Virus record (IMG/VR): IMGVR_UViG_3300050343_000151
Location: 1 to 50,888 of that record
DNA length: 50,888 bases
Source: a virus
Lineage: Duplodnaviria > Caudoviricetes
Reading direction: 5' to 3' (one strand)
How positions within the stretch are numbered: the stretch's first letter is position 1; every line of letters begins with the position of its first letter. Below the pieces are notes generated by a model that was given only the letters and a program-made list of their open reading frames with translations, made no database searches and was not told the origin of the DNA. Shown piece by piece: positions 25,601 through 35,890 of the stretch. The translations under genes were made by a program, and so were the position numbers.

Positions 25601-28600
25601 CCGTCAGGAAGTGCTACTACATAACCTAATATATTTTTAGTCTTAGGATCTTTAATACGTTCAACAATTTCAACTTTACCTGCATCTTTAAACTTAGGTG
25701 TTTCAAGACTATCAAATGTTTTTTTTACGTCAGCTAATAAGTCGTTTAATCTTTTAGTAGCTTTAGGTCTGATGTTGTCGTTGTGTTCGTTAATTAATGT
25801 ACCAAGTTCATCAAGGGTGTTACGAGTTTCATTGTAACCATCAATACCTTCTTTAGTTAACTTGATTGTTTTATCACCAATAACAATACCTTCTTGTAAT
25901 TCTGCTAATGAGTACTTTTTACCTTGGCGATCACCTTCCACTATAACTGCGGATACATCTGCACGTTCAGCTTCAGGAACTTTACGCCAAACATCATTGT
26001 ATCGCTTAAAGATACGACTCATTTTTGAGGTTACACTTTGTGTATTAAATTGAAATTTTTCTATAACTTTTCTAACTTGAGGATAGACATAAGTACCATC
26101 AGGATTACGCATACTCCAAAGTTTTAACGGGCTTTGTACCCACTTTAAAAAATTTACTTTCCATTTCTTAGGTGCTTTCTTATCTGAAGTACCATCACCG
26201 TCACCGCTATCACTTTCAACACCAGCTTCATCAGGCACAATTGGCTCTGCAAGTTCTGCAAGTTTTTCTTCTTCAGTCATCTCATCCACTATAACTTTAG
26301 CTTCTGCCTCAGTACGTTCAACGGACTTTTCAACTGCTTCAACAATTTCTGGGTCTTCTATAATTTTACTTATGGGTAAACCATCTTTTAACTCACCGTT
26401 AAAACCAATATTAGTGTCTATGGATCTGTCAATGACACCTTCAAAGCCTAAAGGTTGATTTCTATCTTCAACAACCCCCAACTCATTCATGACAAATCGT
26501 TCATCTAAATACTTTTGAATTCTTTTATCTGTAATATTAAACGGAGCTTTCTCATTTGGAACTCCATATCGGCTTGTTGCCTTTTGATCTTCAGCCGTAT
26601 CAAAACGACCCCACGATGTAAAATTACTTCTTATACCAGGAGGTGGTTGTTTGTTAGGGTAATCGTGCGCCCACAATGGATTTTGTGATCTTGTTTCATA
26701 CATTTTACTAATGCTGTCAACTGGAGTAATTGTGTTAAATAGGCGTTTCCAAAACTCTGCAACTTTTGCAAAAAATTTTTCTGATAAAGTTTTTGGTGGA
26801 ATATTAGTTAATGCCCAACGTGAACTTTGTTCAGCAAACCATTCTGCAAAACTCCCATGATATGCTTGATCCTTATTTGGTATCTTATAGTCACGTTTTT
26901 TACCTGGTCTCTCAACACCACCGCTAACAACAGTTTCACCATATTTAACTTCATAATTTTGAAAGTCAGTAATGTCTTTCATCAACGCATCATTATTAAA
27001 ACTACCATCGCTGTTGCGATATATCTCAGCAGTATGTTGATTTCCAGCAAAAGCAGCTAACCTACTTAAAGGGTTACTTTTAGTAAACGTTAAGTTCTGA
27101 TATGTTTTACCTATTTGTAAATATTTAAGATAATCAAGAAGAACTGCTCTTTTAGTTGCAGTATCAGAATTGTTAAACAATTCCCATTCCATAATATGAC
27201 CAACTTCATGAGCCACTGTTGAAAGAATACTCATGTCGTCAACAGATCTATTTAAATCAGCTTCATTAAAAGTATCAAACATACGTTTAATTTGGTAACT
27301 TGTTGAGCTAGTGTCTAAATTAATAGTGTATGTTTTATTTATTTCAAAATCGGGACCAAATTCATGTTGTATATGTCCTGCAAATTTTTTCTGTGCGCGT
27401 CCAACTATATAAACATTACCACGGGTTAAACCTTGTTCAGATAATTCATTCTTAAATTTTGCCCGTCTTTTATCACTGCTTGGATTTGCGTAAACACTAT
27501 GTTTTTTTGCAACTTTTTCTGTCAAATGTCCATTACCATCTCGGTCTTTATCGGTAGTAACAAATATATTAATGTTGCTCATATTTAATTTTGCTAACAT
27601 CTGTTCCATATATTCTAATGCATAACTTGGAACTGTATCTGTACCGACAACTTTGCCATCTAATGTGTCCCCAAATGGACCAAACTTAGGTGTCGATTTA
27701 GTTGGAACTGCTGGCCCTTTAGTTTTCTTCTTAACAACTTTTTTTTCTTCTTGACCAAAAGTATTTGACCAAGAGCGTTTGTCATACTCTAACCTAGTGC
27801 CATCAGGTAAAAAGATATCTACAATTTCGTTACTGGCTTCATCAATTTGAGATTTTTGTTTAGCTCTTACCGCGGGCTTGTTTCGATCTGTGCCTTCTTC
27901 TACAAATTGTATCGGAATTGCATTAATACCTTCTTCAATATAACTGTTTAAGTTATTAAGGTTATCTTGAGTATCATTTATTATATAACGGCTTCCAGTT
28001 TTACCGGGCATTTTAGTAACTATAATTTGTGGAATATTTGCCCCACCAACATTTGATTGATTATCAAAATCTTGAAATGTAAATCTTGAATCAGAATTAC
28101 TACCAGCTAATTGAAAAGCCCCTACACCAGATCGTAATTGCGCTCTAGTTGGATCAATAAATTTAGATTTTAAATTAAATGATTTAGCTAAATTTTCTGC
28201 TTGAGCTTTAGTAATAAACCCTACTTTACCGATAAACTTACCTTTAAGATCTTTTTTATCAATGGCTGCTCTAGTAGAATTTTGATCTGCTGAATTTTTA
28301 TTAGCAGCTCTTGCACGTTGTACAGAAGGTCTGTTGTCTATCGTATAATAGCCATCATCAAGTATAGTTGTCGCTGTATCTGCTATATCTTTTGGATCTA
28401 GTTCTTCAACAGTTTCTTTTACCGCTTTAGTTTCAGCAGTTGGTTTATTATAGATGCCTCTTTTTTCAGCTTCTTTTTTAAGAGCAAAACCGTCACGCAT
28501 TGCACTGTAATAAGTGTCTTGTCCTGCACCAAACTTATCACTTGTTTTTTTACGGTCTTTAATTCTTGTTCTTCTATCTGCAAGAAGTGCTAATAATTGT

Positions 28601-30156
28601 TCATTAGATAAATCTTTAGGTTTGATTTTAGTTTCTTTGCCGTCAATACCACTTAATTCAAAATTTTCATCTAAAGGATTTTTAGTATCATATTCAAATC
28701 CTAAAATTTGAGGCTCACCATCTAATTCAAAATCAACTTGACCTGTCTCTTGATCTCTTGAAATAACTCTTACTCTTTTTTTTCTACCTTGAAGATCATA
28801 GACATCTATATGTGAACCATCATCAATATCATCTTTAGTAGTCTTTGGTCGCCAGTCAGGACCATTGTCATCAAACGGAGTTAACTCAACTGTATCAAAT
28901 CCAAACGGATCAAGTTCTTCATCTACGTCCATGTCGTAGTAATCGTCATCAGCTAATACAGTTTGAAAACCGCCAGTGGGTGTTGAGCCACCCATATTGT
29001 CAATGCCTTCAGCTATTTCTTTTTCTGCATCGATAGCAGCTTTGATTCTGCGTGTCTTTGCTTTAGCAAACGGATAAACAATTGCAGTTAAAGTACCGCC
29101 CGCAATACCACCTAAAATTCCTTCGTATTGATTTTCTGCCCAACCAATAGTTTTTTCTGGGTCTAAGAACATCTGCTCAATATAATCTTGTGCAATAGCT
29201 TGAGCGTATTCTTGGCCACCCTCAAGAAAGGCTCCAGACACCGCGCCTGTAAACACATCACCAGTAACTTGGGCTAATCTATTGTTGCCCATCTTTTTAG
29301 CAACACCTTCAATAATTGGATTCTTACCAATAATTTTACCAAGAATACTATATGACATAGCAGTCTTAGCTTTACCGCCCTTACTAAGTTTAGATAACTT
29401 ACTTGCAACTAAACCTATTGGTGCTGCTTCTAATGTACCTAAACCAAAGGAAGCTCCTACAGCTTTTGAAAATTCAATATCATATTCATCATAACCTAAA
29501 CTTCTAGCACGTTCAGCCATATCACCTGCTGCCATGCCACCACCTAAAGCAGCCATCATACCTATACCTGCTAATGGCCCACCAACGGCAGTACCTGCTA
29601 CACCTGCACCAATGAAACCACCGAGATTACCAAACACATAACCAAGGTCATCAACCCAATCATCGTCTGTAAAATCTACTTCACCAAACCATTCACGATT
29701 AGCATCACGGACAGCTTGTCCAGCTTTCCATAAAGTACTGTCATTACCACTTGCAAATTCTTCAAAGAAATTTTTATAATTATCATCAGTTGCAGTTCCT
29801 GCCGCAACTGCTTCAGAAATACCTTGTAACGCTAGACCACCAGTATCGATCACACCGCTCATAAGACTTTGACTAAATCTACTTATAGCTCCACGATCAT
29901 CAAAAGAATTTTCAGTAACTTGTGGCACCAATAAATTACGCATAGTTGGATCGCCAGAAACATATTGCGATACTTGAAATGCTTGAGCGTTAGGATTTAA
30001 TTCTGAAAAATCCATTGACTGACCTTTTAATAAGGCAGGCTCATAATTAGCAAGTGGATTAGAGAGTAGATTAAGTTCAATATCTCTAGCGTCAGCATTC
30101 AGCCGTTGTTCTCTAGATGCAATTGGATTCTGCTCTTCTTCTAAGTTCTTAACCAT
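22693..30156 (-). CDS. Giant internal virion/DNA-ejection protein with zincin-like HExxH motif
   Basis: 2487 aa; last of the ejection cluster; Gly/Ala-rich hydrophobic stretches; AHEVGH plus downstream EWFAE. Confidence 0.8.
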   Translation of the reverse strand: MVKNLEEEQNPIASREQRLNADARDIELNLLSNPLANYEPALLKGQSMDFSELNPNAQAFQVSQYVSGDPTMRNLLVPQVTENSFDDRGAISRFSQSLMSGVIDTGGLALQGISEAVAAGTATDDNYKNFFEEFASGNDSTLWKAGQAVRDANREWFGEVDFTDDDWVDDLGYVFGNLGGFIGAGVAGTAVGGPLAGIGMMAALGGGMAAGDMAERARSLGYDEYDIEFSKAVGASFGLGTLEAAPIGLVASKLSKLSKGGKAKTAMSYSILGKIIGKNPIIEGVAKKMGNNRLAQVTGDVFTGAVSGAFLEGGQEYAQAIAQDYIEQMFLDPEKTIGWAENQYEGILGGIAGGTLTAIVYPFAKAKTRRIKAAIDAEKEIAEGIDNMGGSTPTGGFQTVLADDDYYDMDVDEELDPFGFDTVELTPFDDNGPDWRPKTTKDDIDDGSHIDVYDLQGRKKRVRVISRDQETGQVDFELDGEPQILGFEYDTKNPLDENFELSGIDGKETKIKPKDLSNEQLLALLADRRTRIKDRKKTSDKFGAGQDTYYSAMRDGFALKKEAEKRGIYNKPTAETKAVKETVEELDPKDIADTATTILDDGYYTIDNRPSVQRARAANKNSADQNSTRAAIDKKDLKGKFIGKVGFITKAQAENLAKSFNLKSKFIDPTRAQLRSGVGAFQLAGSNSDSRFTFQDFDNQSNVGGANIPQIIVTKMPGKTGSRYIINDTQDNLNNLNSYIEEGINAIPIQFVEEGTDRNKPAVRAKQKSQIDEASNEIVDIFLPDGTRLEYDKRSWSNTFGQEEKKVVKKKTKGPAVPTKSTPKFGPFGDTLDGKVVGTDTVPSYALEYMEQMLAKLNMSNINIFVTTDKDRDGNGHLTEKVAKKHSVYANPSSDKRRAKFKNELSEQGLTRGNVYIVGRAQKKFAGHIQHEFGPDFEINKTYTINLDTSSTSYQIKRMFDTFNEADLNRSVDDMSILSTVAHEVGHIMEWELFNNSDTATKRAVLLDYLKYLQIGKTYQNLTFTKSNPLSRLAAFAGNQHTAEIYRNSDGSFNNDALMKDITDFQNYEVKYGETVVSGGVERPGKKRDYKIPNKDQAYHGSFAEWFAEQSSRWALTNIPPKTLSEKFFAKVAEFWKRLFNTITPVDSISKMYETRSQNPLWAHDYPNKQPPPGIRSNFTSWGRFDTAEDQKATSRYGVPNEKAPFNITDKRIQKYLDERFVMNELGVVEDRNQPLGFEGVIDRSIDTNIGFNGELKDGLPISKIIEDPEIVEAVEKSVERTEAEAKVIVDEMTEEEKLAELAEPIVPDEAGVESDSGDGDGTSDKKAPKKWKVNFLKWVQSPLKLWSMRNPDGTYVYPQVRKVIEKFQFNTQSVTSKMSRIFKRYNDVWRKVPEAERADVSAVIVEGDRQGKKYSLAELQEGIVIGDKTIKLTKEGIDGYNETRNTLDELGTLINEHNDNIRPKATKRLNDLLADVKKTFDSLETPKFKDAGKVEIVERIKDPKTKNILGYVVALPDGWSMKFTKKDFPEVNNPNGKQLEKLIMESDAVKAAQEIAIAKAKADFEAERAEIDIIESLKEREEIYNELKRVYRTPKLRNAEKAKLREENINRLNDRIREIEKEIGYKRGYKNSNPYQLELNRQIVMIDIENSRIKPEFDIKTNDGYLPHIWFGSHSVRIVSADGKVKNIFSEQGYFDTDAQARQAAENFIEANPKYKDDKIVVVNRGTTWADSAVSATILNDKTIEKLAVSLTADQLEDVRTGRQSLAQINRDLNVKMGDRRVTASFEKERLGAEGYSTDTQKILGSHIQNVMRFLILDEMKYDANEIQQALDDGKYSSVDNLMKDEFRNFINDISNVEGGFENTFDSVFDSFFNTVDNSIDTLTKGKVKGLDRATLYSGMTGLGAAGVVGIFGAPVIGLIIGVPLGMMVYGRVKASSDAGIVSEDGSTKVFDPTIQAILGISAHTKLGMFMNLLSPIVNLSQTVINTSALYSYSEIVQSYGILSRYTRGKMTGTDTEFTTMWDQRFDEGGVDVDQGLFTDGTEMNLDRGTIAKYSMFLFQKAEVFNRMMAYTAGHTRATNNGKTEKQARFDGQKAWNDTQFFYDKSDTSKILRIKGLKVGTQFKNFLFKQTAFTLGIWKDAELNPFNPKTRLEKDDGTIETAEEAVARIKEMRKVMLKQLLHIYILAGALGLPGLQALDWLIRSLFGDEYSPVKFLMRTNLDAHANGEATGMMGDLFVKGLPTLVGQDISSRVGLGNRFIPYNDRLSIGDNLMDQFKGPFISTLINARKLQEAGATFGDQTVNITSGIGKPLKGIEMLAGGQDLAVLATTDMSTLQLYAETVMKNLASPSNIVYTSGYKSGQVVSNKVSRLDVFNYMIGGRPTKFSLESDLNELLMFDDNNLDRETKKVYTDMAYVYTRYAKTDPEKFREELNRIRTEAREDDIPINNGYIRRMFRNLRNPRAINTVKKLRKSQRPEYLKYIKDMK

Positions 30157-30176
30157 TAATGATGTTCCTTGATTAT

Positions 30177-31409
30177 TTAGTAGCCAACAAAATCTTCTAG
30201 TTTACCACCAGAAGCTACCCATGCTTTTTGATCTGCTGTTAAGTTACCTTGACCAACTTCAGATAAAAGATTGTTAACATTTACGTTTTGATTGTCAGTT
30301 TTATTTAAACTTTTTTGATAACTCTCTGAACGCATAATATCATACAATGTAGTTTGAGTGCCATTCAACGTCACTTTAACTTTTTTCTTTTGTGCATCTG
30401 TTTTTTCACCATGCATTGAAACTACCGATTGTATCTCTTGATTAACTTTAAATCCTTGTTCTTGGTTGTCACCATCCATAGTAATTTGAAAACCATTGTC
30501 TTCATCATATTCTGGCATACCAATTTTATTATCAACGATGTTAGCAAGGTAATTATCAGAATAAAAACTAGCATCAGGATCCATTTCTCGTAATGATATT
30601 GCAACTTGGTTCCAATCAGTCTCTGAATACTTAGTACCAGTGTCACCGTCAGTGAAATCTCTAGTATTCTGTTTTACAATGTTTTCATAGATCTCACTAG
30701 TTGTTTTAGCTTCATCAAGTTTAGCCGCTCTATTCTCTTTAGCAGTTTCTAATGCAGATAATTTTCTTGCATCAGCTTTATCAACTGTATCACCAACTGA
30801 TTGCGCAACGGTTCCTAAGAAGTCATCACCTGCACCTTTTGAGTTAGCCATCATAGCTAATCCAAAATCCAAAAGATTCCGTGGAGCGGTACTGTCTTTG
30901 TCGGTAAATTTATCCCATTGTTTTTTAAAGAAACCTCTTTTATCTAATTCTTTAGGAAGTTTTCCACCTTTTCTTTGTTCGTCAGTTGGACCACTTTTAT
31001 CAGTTTTTTTGTTATTAGATTTTCTTTGCTCATCAGTCATAGTTTTAACCGATTGAACTTTTTCTTTTGGTGCTTCGTATTTTGCCCCTGCATTAAAATT
31101 ATCTTCAGAATAAATTTCATTCATTGCATCCTCAAACGCAGGGCTTCCAGGTAGTGGGTTAGAAGTTAAACCATAAGGATTAATTTGTTCTTTTGATTTA
31201 GCTTTTTCCATCATGGCATTATACCCACTATTGGCAGCGTCTTTTAATGGTTGAAGCTGTTCACTAATAGGTGCAAAACCTTGTTTAATATTAGGATCGC
31301 CTGGTGGAAGAAACTGAAAAAAAGGTACTCCATATTTTTCTTCAAATGCAGATTTCTCTTTATCATTATTAACTAGACTTTGAAAATATGTTACTTGATC
31401 TCTATTCAT
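30177..31409 (-). CDS. Putative internal virion/ejection protein
   Basis: Position; LLDFGLAMMA segment followed by helical region. Confidence 0.65.
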   Translation of the reverse strand: MNRDQVTYFQSLVNNDKEKSAFEEKYGVPFFQFLPPGDPNIKQGFAPISEQLQPLKDAANSGYNAMMEKAKSKEQINPYGLTSNPLPGSPAFEDAMNEIYSEDNFNAGAKYEAPKEKVQSVKTMTDEQRKSNNKKTDKSGPTDEQRKGGKLPKELDKRGFFKKQWDKFTDKDSTAPRNLLDFGLAMMANSKGAGDDFLGTVAQSVGDTVDKADARKLSALETAKENRAAKLDEAKTTSEIYENIVKQNTRDFTDGDTGTKYSETDWNQVAISLREMDPDASFYSDNYLANIVDNKIGMPEYDEDNGFQITMDGDNQEQGFKVNQEIQSVVSMHGEKTDAQKKKVKVTLNGTQTTLYDIMRSESYQKSLNKTDNQNVNVNNLLSEVGQGNLTADQKAWVASGGKLEDFVGY

Positions 31410-32434
31410 TAGTAACCTCCTCCTTGACCAAACATTCCACCTGCACCAAGTAGTGATGCAAAGGCTCCAATGTTGCCCGCTAAATTATTGTTGCCAGGAC
31501 CATAAGTTGTTGACGTAGTTGGATACGCTGCTCCTGTTAATGCTCCTTGGCGAATTGCTAAGTTACGCAATGGATAATCTCTTTGTTGTAAGAAATCATT
31601 GTACTTATAGTCTTCACCTTGTTGAGCAAATTGTTGATTGGCTGCTCCAACAGATTGACCTGCAAGTAAAGCCTTCATCGCCTCTGCGTTTTGTGCGCCT
31701 TGCATTTGACCCATCATACCGTAGGCTTGATTACTTAAACCACGATTTTGTAATTGAGCCGCTTGATTGAGTTGGCCAGTCTTCATTAAGTTAGCAATGT
31801 TTTGTTGATCAGCACTCATCTGACTTGCACGGTCTTGATTAAATTGTTGTTGTGCATTTTGGAAACCTTGATTTAAAGTTCCAGATAAGAATTGATTGAC
31901 TTGATTATTTGTATTTTGTTGTAATTGCGAATTTTCTAGTGCCGTTCTATTATTACCAAATGCACCTCGTGCAGCTTGTCGTCTTCTCAACTGTGCTTGT
32001 TGGTCAGAACCTTGCTGATTGATTGTTTGCAATCCTTGATTAATAACTTGTTGCTGATATGGATTCATATACTGAGCAGCTTGTTGTGCGCCAAACTGTT
32101 GTGACGTAATTGAATTAGGATCAGCAATAGTCATAGCACTAGAGCCAGCGTTATTTGCGATACCAGACATTGCTTTAGTATAGTTTTGACTACCTGGTGC
32201 TGTATAATTGCCATCGACATCATACATATTTTTTAAGTAGTCAGTACCTCGTGTTTGCAAATCATTTTGTTTTGCAAATCGTTGAGCTGGATCCGCATCA
32301 TTGTATTGCTGATATGGCGAAGCTGCAATTGTATCCGCCATTGTAATATTTTTCTTTGTCGCATCTCTTAACCAATCAGGTATTTCTGTTGCCTGAACTT
32401 GAATTGGATTTTGACCTCCGCCACCCATGCACAT
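31409..32434 (-). CDS. Putative DNA ejection/pilot protein
   Basis: MCMGGGG start; Gln/Asn-rich; YMNPY and GAFG motifs; Gly-rich C-terminus. Confidence 0.75.
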   Translation of the reverse strand: MCMGGGGQNPIQVQATEIPDWLRDATKKNITMADTIAASPYQQYNDADPAQRFAKQNDLQTRGTDYLKNMYDVDGNYTAPGSQNYTKAMSGIANNAGSSAMTIADPNSITSQQFGAQQAAQYMNPYQQQVINQGLQTINQQGSDQQAQLRRRQAARGAFGNNRTALENSQLQQNTNNQVNQFLSGTLNQGFQNAQQQFNQDRASQMSADQQNIANLMKTGQLNQAAQLQNRGLSNQAYGMMGQMQGAQNAEAMKALLAGQSVGAANQQFAQQGEDYKYNDFLQQRDYPLRNLAIRQGALTGAAYPTTSTTYGPGNNNLAGNIGAFASLLGAGGMFGQGGGY

Positions 32435-32446
32435 AATTGTATCTCC

Positions 32447-32887
32447 TTATAATTTTGTGGTGTAAATTCCGCCTGCTCGTGTAAAGCCTGCTTTATTAAA
32501 AAATTTATCTTTTGCTTCAATATGTCTGCCGTCTAAGACTGACATAATTAAAGGTTGTTTGTGTTTGTTAGAAAACTTTTTTAGTTTTTTTAAAAGTTGT
32601 TGACCAACCCCTGTATGTTGTACAGAGGAGTCAACGTAAAAGAACGCATCAAATAATCCACCTTCATCTGAGAACCACATGTTATTCCAATAGCAACCGA
32701 TAGTACCATTGAGAATGCCTTGTTTATCTTGACTCACCCAACACATTTTATTCGTAACATGTTGAGAGATATATTTAACGGCACGTTCTTGATTGATTGC
32801 TGGATAAGTTGTACTCGCTTCTGAGTGCATCTTTTCCAACATGATAAAGATATCAATCACATCTTCTTGAAGGGCTAGTCTAATCAT
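32447..32887 (-). CDS. GNAT-family acetyltransferase
   Basis: MIRLA...; FYVD..QHTGVGQQLL (motif A); KFFNKAGF (motif B). Confidence 0.8.
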   Translation of the reverse strand: MIRLALQEDVIDIFIMLEKMHSEASTTYPAINQERAVKYISQHVTNKMCWVSQDKQGILNGTIGCYWNNMWFSDEGGLFDAFFYVDSSVQHTGVGQQLLKKLKKFSNKHKQPLIMSVLDGRHIEAKDKFFNKAGFTRAGGIYTTKL

Positions 32888-33882
32888 TATTCGTAATTGT
32901 AAATTCCTCTATTGATAGTTCTTTTTAAAGGATCATTTAATAATTGTGCTAATTCTTCTTCTGATAGAAGTTCTAACGGTTTATTAAATTCAGCTAACGC
33001 TTTAGCTTTAAGTTCTGCTTGTTCATCAGAAGCATCTTGAGCAGCCCCTGCGGTCATTGAACCTGCAGTTGACGCTCCCGCATTGATTGCAGTTGATGCA
33101 TTCATACCACCTGCTGTACTGTTAGCCACAGCATTGGCTGCTGTACTACTAGGGCCAAACATATTATATGCCGCATCGCCAACTGATATTGGAGGTGTAG
33201 CTGTACCAGAAAGAACTGGACCCGACACTCCAGGTCCAAGATTATTACCAAGCATTGGATCTGATGCAGGAATATTATTACCTGTAATAGGATTAACACC
33301 GCCTGTTGATCCACCACCCATAAAGGTTGAGCCAGACGCCATATTACCAGCACCTGTCAAACCACCTGAAATTACTGCTCCAGTTAAACTTGACTCATGG
33401 TCATTACCTACTACTCGGTTAGCGGTGTAGTTAACTGCCGCTGCTCCTAATGGATTAGCCATTAATGCAGGTGCCAAAGTAGGCATAAACATTGAAGCTG
33501 CAATTGGCAAGATAGTTCTTAGCATTTTGTTTTTTTTAATTTTGTTTCTAGCTTTTTTAAGTTTCTTTTTTAAGCCACTTAAAAAATATTCAGGGTTACC
33601 TGTAGTTGGATTAATTTTATTGTCTGCCATTCCCACAACAAATTCTAATGGGTTAATACCCGCACTTTCAAACGCATCTCTTACGGCTGTTAAGACTTCT
33701 TCAGTTTGTGCATCAAGTGGAATTATAATCTCTCCAGGAGTTAAGTGTCCTAAAACACTATCACCACCTCGACCTGTTTGTTCTGCAAAAGCCTGCATGT
33801 TTGGGTTCATGCCTGCTTGAGGGGCTTCTTGCCCCGGTTGTGGCATCATGGTTGGTGCCATGCTCATATTATCTATTGCCAT
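32887..33882 (-). CDS. Putative internal virion protein
   Basis: GRGGD..LGHLTPGE and INPTTGNPEYF motifs; Gly/Ala-rich. Confidence 0.7.
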   Translation of the reverse strand: MAIDNMSMAPTMMPQPGQEAPQAGMNPNMQAFAEQTGRGGDSVLGHLTPGEIIIPLDAQTEEVLTAVRDAFESAGINPLEFVVGMADNKINPTTGNPEYFLSGLKKKLKKARNKIKKNKMLRTILPIAASMFMPTLAPALMANPLGAAAVNYTANRVVGNDHESSLTGAVISGGLTGAGNMASGSTFMGGGSTGGVNPITGNNIPASDPMLGNNLGPGVSGPVLSGTATPPISVGDAAYNMFGPSSTAANAVANSTAGGMNASTAINAGASTAGSMTAGAAQDASDEQAELKAKALAEFNKPLELLSEEELAQLLNDPLKRTINRGIYNYE

Positions 33883-34127
33883 TATTTTAGTACTCCTCGG
33901 TTTTTTAAATCTGCAATGAGTGTTGCCACTACATTTGCTAATTCGGTTAAAGTTGTAGTTGACACATTATAAGTTCTAGTGTCGGTTGAATTACTAGTAA
34001 CGTAAGGTTCTTTATTCACTAAAGATAATTGTCTTACGATCTCTTCTAGTTTTGATGATACATCATTGGTATAACGAGTATCGTACTGTTCAGGTGCTGA
34101 ACCTAAAAACATTCCTCTTTTTGCCAT
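33882..34127 (-). CDS. Small virion structural protein
   Basis: C-terminal VATLIADLKNRGVL helix; located in tail cluster. Confidence 0.6.
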   Translation of the reverse strand: MAKRGMFLGSAPEQYDTRYTNDVSSKLEEIVRQLSLVNKEPYVTSNSTDTRTYNVSTTTLTELANVVATLIADLKNRGVLK

Positions 34128-35890
34128 TACCTACGTCTTCCTGCAGGAGCAATATCAATTCTGTTTTTACCCATACGATAGTGTCCGCCCACAACATTAC
34201 TTTGTAATTTAAATGACAAAGTTCTGGCACTGTTACGCATATCAATTTTTTCTGTTGATGGTGAAATGGCATAAGGACCAATAGTTTCAACTACTGAATT
34301 AGGTTTATCTTTTAAATCTACTGTTAATAAAATATCACCTGTTTGGTCTTCAAAATCAGGTACCCATCCAAATAGATCTGCAATCTGTTCACCGTCTGCA
34401 ATATCAAGTGGTGCTGTTTGTAAAGTGCAATCCATTGCTGACCCATCATCATCTGTACCTAACTCGTGTTGGTAAATATAACTTGCACCATCTTCATTCG
34501 AAGCTAATGGGTAAGGCCAAGTAGGAGCGTCAATCCAAGCTGATCGATCCATTGTACCAACTGACCAAGTGCCTTCTTTCATATTATAAATAACATAACG
34601 ATTGTTAAATGTAGAATTTGCCGTTGGATAAAACCACCATACTTCATCGTGTTTTGAATTGTGAGCTGCAAACACTTTTGATCTTTGATCAAAGTTAAAG
34701 TCATCAAAAACAAAACGCTCAATTGCACTAGAATTTAATTTTTTAGCATAACCATCATACATAAAGAAATTTTGTTTAGTCATCCAAAAAGACATACCAC
34801 CAACTTCAACTGAGGCTTTAGGAGCAATCAATCCACAGTTAGTACCTACAATGTTAAAGTTAAAAACTAATGTGTCGGCTGTAAACTGCATTAAAAAAGC
34901 AGTTGTGTCAGACCATAATAAAATGTTTCCACCTCTTAATCTTTTACCACCTACCATAATCGTTCCACCTGATAGCAAATTTGAGCCAGCATCATTATCC
35001 GAAGCTGCGGTCCATTGTGTAAAGTCTTCTTGATCAGACCAAGATACTTTCATTGGATCTCCATCTGAACCAAAACAAACAAGATGTCTTTGTTCTGTAA
35101 CAACAATACCTTGATTATTATCTGGTGTATTAACACTAACAATTTGTGAAGTGTCAGTTGATGCATCATAATAATATGGACGATCACCACTAGGACAAAA
35201 TATTAAATCTTCACCCCAGTTATCCATGGTAAAAGTTTTTAATGCAAGTATAATGCCACTACCACTTGTACGAGGAGTACCATAAGTGCCTTGGTTCCAG
35301 GTACCTGTACCATAACCAAAAGAAGCAAACGCTGAAACATTACCAACAGCCATATAATAATAATAATTTAAGTTACCACTATGTGTTCCTGAAGCATTAG
35401 CATTAGTTGCTGAAGTTATAATATAATTGTTAGCATCAGTTACCGCAGTTACTTGAAAGTCACCATTTAAAACTACATTATTAAAAGTGACATTAGTTAA
35501 TTTGATCCAATCGTTCTCACCTAAAGCGTGAGTAGTATGAGCAATACTAACTTGGTTTGATCCGCTAGTGGTAGTGATAGCATTGGTTAATGTGCCTGTG
35601 CCATTAATACGATAGGGCGTACGATCATTTAAATAACCATTTTTATAAATATAAAATCTTTCTGTAGTTACAGCACCAATTAAATCTGTTTGATCATTAG
35701 TTGACCATGCAGCTAATGCTCTCGGTGTACCTGTTAAAGTTTGTGTTGATAGCTTTGACCATCCACCAATCTTTTCAGGTTGCCCGTTTTTAAATCTAAT
35801 TTTATCAGCATCAATAAATCTACCTTCAGATGCATATTCAGTTTCATCTTTAACTACTCCTGGAGCAAAAGCTAACGGCTGTAATGTCAT
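34127..35890 (-). CDS. Tail nozzle / packaged-DNA stabilization protein
   Basis: PGV.KD.T, RF..G.PEKIGGW, WSDQED, EVWWFYP; beta-propeller-like composition. Confidence 0.75.
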   Translation of the reverse strand: MTLQPLAFAPGVVKDETEYASEGRFIDADKIRFKNGQPEKIGGWSKLSTQTLTGTPRALAAWSTNDQTDLIGAVTTERFYIYKNGYLNDRTPYRINGTGTLTNAITTTSGSNQVSIAHTTHALGENDWIKLTNVTFNNVVLNGDFQVTAVTDANNYIITSATNANASGTHSGNLNYYYYMAVGNVSAFASFGYGTGTWNQGTYGTPRTSGSGIILALKTFTMDNWGEDLIFCPSGDRPYYYDASTDTSQIVSVNTPDNNQGIVVTEQRHLVCFGSDGDPMKVSWSDQEDFTQWTAASDNDAGSNLLSGGTIMVGGKRLRGGNILLWSDTTAFLMQFTADTLVFNFNIVGTNCGLIAPKASVEVGGMSFWMTKQNFFMYDGYAKKLNSSAIERFVFDDFNFDQRSKVFAAHNSKHDEVWWFYPTANSTFNNRYVIYNMKEGTWSVGTMDRSAWIDAPTWPYPLASNEDGASYIYQHELGTDDDGSAMDCTLQTAPLDIADGEQIADLFGWVPDFEDQTGDILLTVDLKDKPNSVVETIGPYAISPSTEKIDMRNSARTLSFKLQSNVVGGHYRMGKNRIDIAPAGRRR

